From NCBI RefSeq assembly GCF_000284115.1, contig NC_017080.1, forward strand, positions 1,560,001 to 1,592,000: a stretch of DNA of 32,000 bases, in the 5' to 3' direction. Origin of the DNA: Phycisphaera mikurensis NBRC 102666. Its GTDB lineage: Bacteria; Planctomycetota; Phycisphaerae; Phycisphaerales; Phycisphaeraceae. Positions 27,331 through 32,000 of this stretch are shown here, in pieces. The translations under genes and the position numbers were made by a program. The notes beneath the pieces were generated by a model. The model had not been told where the DNA came from, did not search any database, and was given only the letters and a program-made list of their open reading frames with translations. Each line of letters starts with the position of its first letter. Within the stretch, counting starts at the first letter, position 1.

Positions 27331-27477
27331 CATCGTGCGCGATTTTCCGATCGGCCTGCGTCCGCGCGTCGTGTTCCTCGTGAGGAGGCGAAGCAGCCCT
27401 GCCCCTGCAGGGCGATGCAGCCGACGAAGCGAGGGGCACGACTCGCCCGCAGAGGCGATCGGAAATTGCGCACGGTG
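27331..27477. repeat. ~147 nt imperfect palindromic element / candidate structured RNA between convergent genes
   Basis: Outer arms 27331-27353 and 27456-27477; inner arms 27368-27380 and 27430-27442; terminal hairpin GCCCTGC (27396-27402) / CCCT / GCAGGGC (27407-27413). Confidence 0.65.
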
Positions 27478-27622
27478 CGCTAAGCCGCGGGCCGCGGGCG
27501 CCGCCGGTGGGTGTGGTTGCTTGCGGCCCGCAGGCAGGCCGGTCGCGCAGCGACGCGTGCTCGGGTCGCGCCTGCGAGAGCCTGAGGCCGAGCGACGCCC
27601 GATCGGTCTACGGCGCGGCCGT

Positions 27623-29263
27623 TCAGGTGCCGGCTGGGTCCCACTCCGCGGCGGCACGCACGTCCGCGTCGGGGTCGTGCCGCAGGAGCGCACGTGCCTC
27701 CTCGGGCAACGCGGCGTCGTCGGCGGCGCGGATGCGCAGCGCCGGGAGCGGGTCCCGTGCGAAGCGCAGCAGCACCGGCACCGGGAGATCCGCCCGGCGG
27801 GCGAGGGCCCAGCGGACCTCGGGCGAGGCGTCGGCCGCGAGCCGCTCCTGCGCCGCCGCCGGCAGGGCCCGGTGGCGGGCGGCGGCGCGGCGGACGCCGG
27901 CGTCGCCGTCGGCCGCGAGGCGATCGAGCAGGAGCGTGTCGGCGTCGGCATGACCCGCCGCCAGCCGCCGCGCCCACGGTCCCAGCGCGGCGAGCCCCGC
28001 CAGCTCCCCGCCGCCGAGCTCGGCCGGCGGGGCCTCCCGCTCCAACCCCTGCAGGTCGGGCGTGCTGCCGGCGGCGACCAGCAGCGTCAGCAGCGAGGCC
28101 GGCGTCGCGGGATGGGCCGCCGCCGCCGCCCGCAGCGTCGGGTCGGCCTCGGTGGCGATCCGCGCGAGCAGGTCCGCCGGGGTCGCCGGGTGAGCGGCCG
28201 CCAGCCGCAGCGCCCAACCCCCACCGGCCTCGACCAGTGCCCGAAGCGCCGCGGCGGGCAGCGTCGGGTCCGGCGGCGCGAGGCCCTGCAGGTCGGCGGC
28301 CGAGCCGGCTCGGGCGAGCTTCGCCGCGACGGCCCGGGGCAGCGGGCCGGCTCCGAGGAGCGCAGCCCGGACCGCCGAAGCGCCGTCGAGGGCCAGACGC
28401 AGCACGAGCGCCTCCGCGGCGTCGGCGTCCCCGCCGACCCGCGCCGCGACCGCCTCCCGCAGCCGGGCGTCGGGCGAGCGGGCGAGCCGCGCGAGCACCG
28501 CGGCGGGCGTCGCCGGGTGCGCGGCGAGCGCGCGGAGCGTGTCGGGGTCTTCGGCGTCCTGCAGCAAGGCGAGGTGGGCGGCGGTGGCCGAGGGGTTGCA
28601 GGCGAGGCCGCCGCGGGCCGCCGCTTCGGTCGCGAGCGTCGCGAGCAGGTCCGCGGGCGTGTCGGGGTGCCGCGCGGCGAGCACTCGCCCGAAGGGGCCC
28701 GCCTCCGCCAGCGCCCGCAGCGCCGTCGGCGGGCTCGGGCGGGGGCTCGCGAAGCCGCGCAGGTCTCCGGTGGCACCGGCTTGCCGGATCCGTTTGACCT
28801 CCGCCGGGTCGATTGCTGGGTGCGCGGCCGCGGCCGCGCGGGTCGCCGGGTCGGCGGCGAGCAAGAGGCCCGCGAGGGTCGGCGCGCCGGCCGCCGGGTG
28901 CGCGGCGACCGCGGCCCGGCACGCCGCGTCGCCCGCGCGGGCGAGGCGGTGGAGCAGGCCCGCGCCCGCGCCGGGGTGCGAAGCGATCAAACGCTGCGCC
29001 CACGGCCCCAGCGCCGCCGCCGCCTCCAGCTCGCCCGCGGTCATCGGCCGCGTCGCCCCGCTCGCACCCGCCAGCCCCGCGGCCGCGCCCGCCGCTTCGA
29101 GCAGGACCAGCGTCGAAGCCGGTGTCGAAGGGTTCCGCGCCGCCGCCCGGCGGACGTGCAGGTTCGCGTCGCCGCACAGCCGGCTCAGCTGCGCCGCCGG
29201 GGTCGCCGGGTCCTCCGCCCGGCGGCGCCGTTGGGGTGCGGATTCGCGGGGCGGGGGCGGCAA
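27623..29263 (-). CDS. Leucine-rich repeat variant (LRV)/HEAT-like repeat protein
   Basis: Tandem segments such as AAHPATPADLLARIATEADPTLRAAAAAHPATPASLLTLL and ARRADLPVPVLLRFARDPLPALRIRAADD. Probable TTG start. Confidence 0.72.
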   Translation of the reverse strand: MPPPPRESAPQRRRRAEDPATPAAQLSRLCGDANLHVRRAAARNPSTPASTLVLLEAAGAAAGLAGASGATRPMTAGELEAAAALGPWAQRLIASHPGAGAGLLHRLARAGDAACRAAVAAHPAAGAPTLAGLLLAADPATRAAAAAHPAIDPAEVKRIRQAGATGDLRGFASPRPSPPTALRALAEAGPFGRVLAARHPDTPADLLATLATEAAARGGLACNPSATAAHLALLQDAEDPDTLRALAAHPATPAAVLARLARSPDARLREAVAARVGGDADAAEALVLRLALDGASAVRAALLGAGPLPRAVAAKLARAGSAADLQGLAPPDPTLPAAALRALVEAGGGWALRLAAAHPATPADLLARIATEADPTLRAAAAAHPATPASLLTLLVAAGSTPDLQGLEREAPPAELGGGELAGLAALGPWARRLAAGHADADTLLLDRLAADGDAGVRRAAARHRALPAAAQERLAADASPEVRWALARRADLPVPVLLRFARDPLPALRIRAADDAALPEEARALLRHDPDADVRAAAEWDPAGT

Positions 29264-29281
29264 GCCGCCGACCGTACGCGC

Positions 29282-30130
29282 TCATCGATCGATCGAATCG
29301 ATCCACGCCTGCAGCGTCCGGCCGCACGCGGCGGGCGCCTCGAACATCGGCAGGTGCCCCACGCCGGGCAGGACCGCCAGGCGGGCGGCGGAACAGGCCG
29401 CCGCCGCGTCTCCGGCGGCGCCGACCGGGAACACCGGGTCGGCTCCGCCATGGAGGAACAGCGTCGGCAAGGCGAGCTCCGGCAGGTTCTCGCGCAGGTC
29501 CAGCCCCGCCAGCGCCCGCAGGGCCCGCCGCATCGGCTCGGTCGGTGCCCGCCACAGCGCCGGCAGGTAGGCCCGGGAGGCGGCCCGGAAGCCCGGGCTC
29601 CGCCGCAGCGCCGCGGCGTCGCCCGCCGCGAGGCCCGCCAGCCAGCGGTGCAGCAAGACCGAGCACGAGCCCAGCCGCACCCCCAACTGGAAGGCCGTCG
29701 GGCTCGCCGCCGCCGCCACCGCAACCCGCTGCAGCGGCGTCGCGTGCTCGCCCCCGCGGAAGAGGCCGCCGGCCGTGCCCGACACGCAGGCCACCGCCGC
29801 CACCCGCCCGGGCCGGCGGCACGCCAGGCACAGCGCCGCCAGCCCGCCGAGCGAGTGGCCGACGACCGCGGCGTCGTCGCCGATCCCCGCTTCCCGGAGC
29901 GTCGCCGCCAAGAGGTCCGCGAGCCCTTCCGCCGTCGCGTCCGCCCAGGCCCCCGGCGGGGAGCCCGCGTGCCCGGGCAGCCCGACCGACAGGCACGGGT
30001 GCTGGTCGATCAGCGACGCCGGCAGCGCCGACCGGCCCATCGCGTGCGTCACGAACGCCCCGTGCACGAAGACGACGGGGCGCCCGGAAGAGGCGGCGCC
30101 GAAGCGGTCGGAGGCGAGCGTGTGCCGCAT
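29282..30130 (-). CDS. Alpha/beta hydrolase fold protein
   Basis: PVVFVHGAFVTHAMG, DDAAVVGHSLGGLAALCLA (GHSLGG nucleophile elbow), LPTLFLHGGADPVFPV, LPGVGHLPMFEAP. Confidence 0.88.
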   Translation of the reverse strand: MRHTLASDRFGAASSGRPVVFVHGAFVTHAMGRSALPASLIDQHPCLSVGLPGHAGSPPGAWADATAEGLADLLAATLREAGIGDDAAVVGHSLGGLAALCLACRRPGRVAAVACVSGTAGGLFRGGEHATPLQRVAVAAAASPTAFQLGVRLGSCSVLLHRWLAGLAAGDAAALRRSPGFRAASRAYLPALWRAPTEPMRRALRALAGLDLRENLPELALPTLFLHGGADPVFPVGAAGDAAAACSAARLAVLPGVGHLPMFEAPAACGRTLQAWIDSIDR

Positions 30131-30222
30131 GCCCGCGTTGTAGCCCACTGTGCGCCGGCTCCTGGTCCCTTGGCCTCGCGGGCCGGGCCGAGCGTGGCGC
30201 ACGATGCTCTAGCGTCGGCCGC

Positions 30223-31257
30223 GTGGACGGCTCGTCGTCAACGCGAGAGGTGAGGGCGGCGCTCGCGGCGTCGCTGACCGCAACCGGGCTCGCCGGGAGC
30301 GGCACGCTCTTGATCGCGTGCTCGGGCGGCGGCGACTCGGTGGCTCTGCTGCGTGCGCTGCTGGATCTCCGCGGCAAGCGCGGCTTCGCGTACGCCCTCC
30401 GCGTGGCCCACGTCGACCACGGCTTGCGCTCGGAGAGCGGGCGGGACGCCGCGTGGGTCGCCGCTCTCGCCGCGTCTTTGGGCGTGGCCGCGGCCACGCT
30501 GCGGATCGACTGCGACGGCTTGGGGAACCCGGAGGCGCGGGCACGCGTGCGTCGCTACGCGGCGCTCGCCGACGCGGCGGCGGCCGCGGGCGCCGCCGCC
30601 GTGCTGACCGCCCACTCCGCGGACGACCAGCTCGAGACGCTGCTGATGCGGCTGATCCGCGGCGCCGGGACCCGCGGCATGTCGGGGATCCCGGCCGAGC
30701 GCCCGCTCGCTCCCGGCGTCCGCCTCGTCCGCCCGCTGCTGCGCGTCCCCCGCGACACGCTCCGGGCCTTCCTCGCCGAGCGGGAGCAGCCCTTCCTGCA
30801 CGACCCGACCAACGACGATCCCTCCCGCCTCCGCGCCCGCCTCCGGCGCGACGTGCTGCCCGTGCTCGCCGACGTGCGGCCCGGCGTCGCCGGGAACGCC
30901 GTCGCGCTCGCGGAGGACCTGCGCGACGCCGACCACGCCCTCGCCTGGGCCGCACGCGGCGTCGTCTTCCCGCTCTCCCGCGGGGATGCGCGGGCGCTGC
31001 CGGCGGCCGTGCTGCACGCCGCGCTTCGTCGCGAGCTCGACGCCGCCGGCGTGCCCGCCGATCGGCGGAACCGGGACCGACGCCGCGCGATGGTCCGCGC
31101 CTGCCGCGACGGGAGCGGGGCGGTGCGGGTCTTCGAGCTGGCGCCGCTGCAGCTGCGCGTCGAGCGGGACCGCGTGCGTCTGATCCGCGGCGACGGTCGC
31201 GGGGCCCAGGAGCAGCCGCCGCGGCCCCGTCGCCGCTCCCGCCCCCGCTCCGCGTGA
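30223..31257 (+). CDS. tilS: tRNA(Ile)-lysidine synthase (PP-loop ATPase)
   Basis: [21 protein letters not shown]; [30 protein letters not shown]; [29 protein letters not shown]; [17 protein letters not shown]; [12 protein letters not shown] start. Confidence 0.9.
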   Translation: MDGSSSTREVRAALAASLTATGLAGSGTLLIACSGGGDSVALLRALLDLRGKRGFAYALRVAHVDHGLRSESGRDAAWVAALAASLGVAAATLRIDCDGLGNPEARARVRRYAALADAAAAAGAAAVLTAHSADDQLETLLMRLIRGAGTRGMSGIPAERPLAPGVRLVRPLLRVPRDTLRAFLAEREQPFLHDPTNDDPSRLRARLRRDVLPVLADVRPGVAGNAVALAEDLRDADHALAWAARGVVFPLSRGDARALPAAVLHAALRRELDAAGVPADRRNRDRRRAMVRACRDGSGAVRVFELAPLQLRVERDRVRLIRGDGRGAQEQPPRPRRRSRPRSA

Positions 31258-31332
31258 TCCTGCCGGATGCCATCGACGGCGCCGACGGCGCCGACGAGGC
31301 CGCTGGCCGCGCCCGCGGACGGGCGGAGGGGA

Positions 31333-32000
31333 TCAACCCCCCGCCAGAGCGGCCTCTTCGACGCCGCCGGACTCCAGCTGCACCCGGATCATGCCCCGGT
31401 ACACCCCGCCGGCCTCCATCAGCTCCGCGTGCGTCCCGCGCTCGAGCACCTCGCCGCGGTCGATCACCACGATCTGGTCCGCCCCGGTGATCGTCGACAG
31501 CCGGTGGGCGATGACGAAGCTGGTCCGGTCCTCCATCAGCCGCGCGAGCGAGCCCTGGATCAGCCGCTCGCTCTCGGTGTCCAGCGCCGAGGTCGCCTCG
31601 TCGAGGATCAGCACCCGCGGGTCCGCGAGCACCGCGCGGGCGATCGCGAGGCGCTGGCGCTGCCCGCCGGAGAGCTTCACGCCGCGCTCGCCGATCTTCG
31701 TGTCGTAGCCGTGCTCGAGGTCGAGGATGAAGCCGTGCGCGTTCGCGTCGCGGGCCGCGGCCTCGATCATCTGCGGCGTCGCGTCGCGGCGGCCGTAGGC
31801 AATGTTGTCGCGGATCGTCCCGTCGAAGAGGAACACGTCCTGCTCGACGATGCCCAGCAACCGCCGGTAGCTGTCGACGTCGACGTCCCGCAGGTCGCGG
31901 CCGTCGAGCGTGATGCTCCCGCTGGTGACGTCGTAGAAGCGGGCGATGAGGTTGCAGAGCGTCGTCTTGCCGGCGCCGGAGGGGCCCACGAAGGCGGTGG
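31333..32000 (-). CDS. ABC transporter, exporter-type ATPase domain (MsbA-like), truncated by window edge
   Basis: [66 protein letters not shown]; [42 protein letters not shown]. The frame continues past 32000. Confidence 0.92.
   Translation of the reverse strand, partial: TAFVGPSGAGKTTLCNLIARFYDVTSGSITLDGRDLRDVDVDSYRRLLGIVEQDVFLFDGTIRDNIAYGRRDATPQMIEAAARDANAHGFILDLEHGYDTKIGERGVKLSGGQRQRLAIARAVLADPRVLILDEATSALDTESERLIQGSLARLMEDRTSFVIAHRLSTITGADQIVVIDRGEVLERGTHAELMEAGGVYRGMIRVQLESGGVEEAALAGG

Noticed and set aside
25072-27483. 803 aa plus-strand frame overlapping the TPR lipoprotein gene
   Set aside because: Shadow frame of the TPR gene with Arg/Gly-rich translation and no recognisable motifs.

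Overview
High-GC window whose gene content and protein styles (H-x9-DG pseudopilins, PEP-CTERM protein) suggest Planctomycetota/Phycisphaerae; this is an inference. The most interesting region is 1-6595, a same-strand cluster of a NitT/TauT-type ABC transporter (substrate-binding protein, permease, ATPase), a TetR-type regulator, an arginase-fold hydrolase, and HypA-like and HypB-like nickel chaperones. No hydrogenase or urease structural gene is visible in the window. Gene content and hydrolase motifs (DRHID, MHTCPWFHATN, NLVQ.GIGGWQVPR, GTGWPEPGG) match the Ni-dependent guanidine hydrolase (GdmH) systems described in cyanobacteria and comammox Nitrospira. I read it as a guanidine import and hydrolysis operon with an added TetR regulator. 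The rest is mostly ordinary: a cysteine-less rhodanese-like protein, a PEP-CTERM protein, two pseudopilin-like proteins, a di-heme cytochrome c peroxidase, a GH15 glucoamylase-like enzyme, a YacL-like PIN/TRAM protein, HemW-like, FHA, Nif3-like, FolK, a sigma-70-like multi-HTH protein, MqnA, a TPR lipoprotein, an LRV-repeat protein, an alpha/beta hydrolase, TilS and a truncated ABC exporter. Non-coding structure includes a tandem array of seven ~127-129 bp palindromic units (16908-17757), a ~147 nt imperfect palindrome with mostly wobble-compatible differences (27331-27477), a perfect 14-bp hairpin between two transporter genes, and inverted repeats at a convergent gene end and in a divergent intergenic region.
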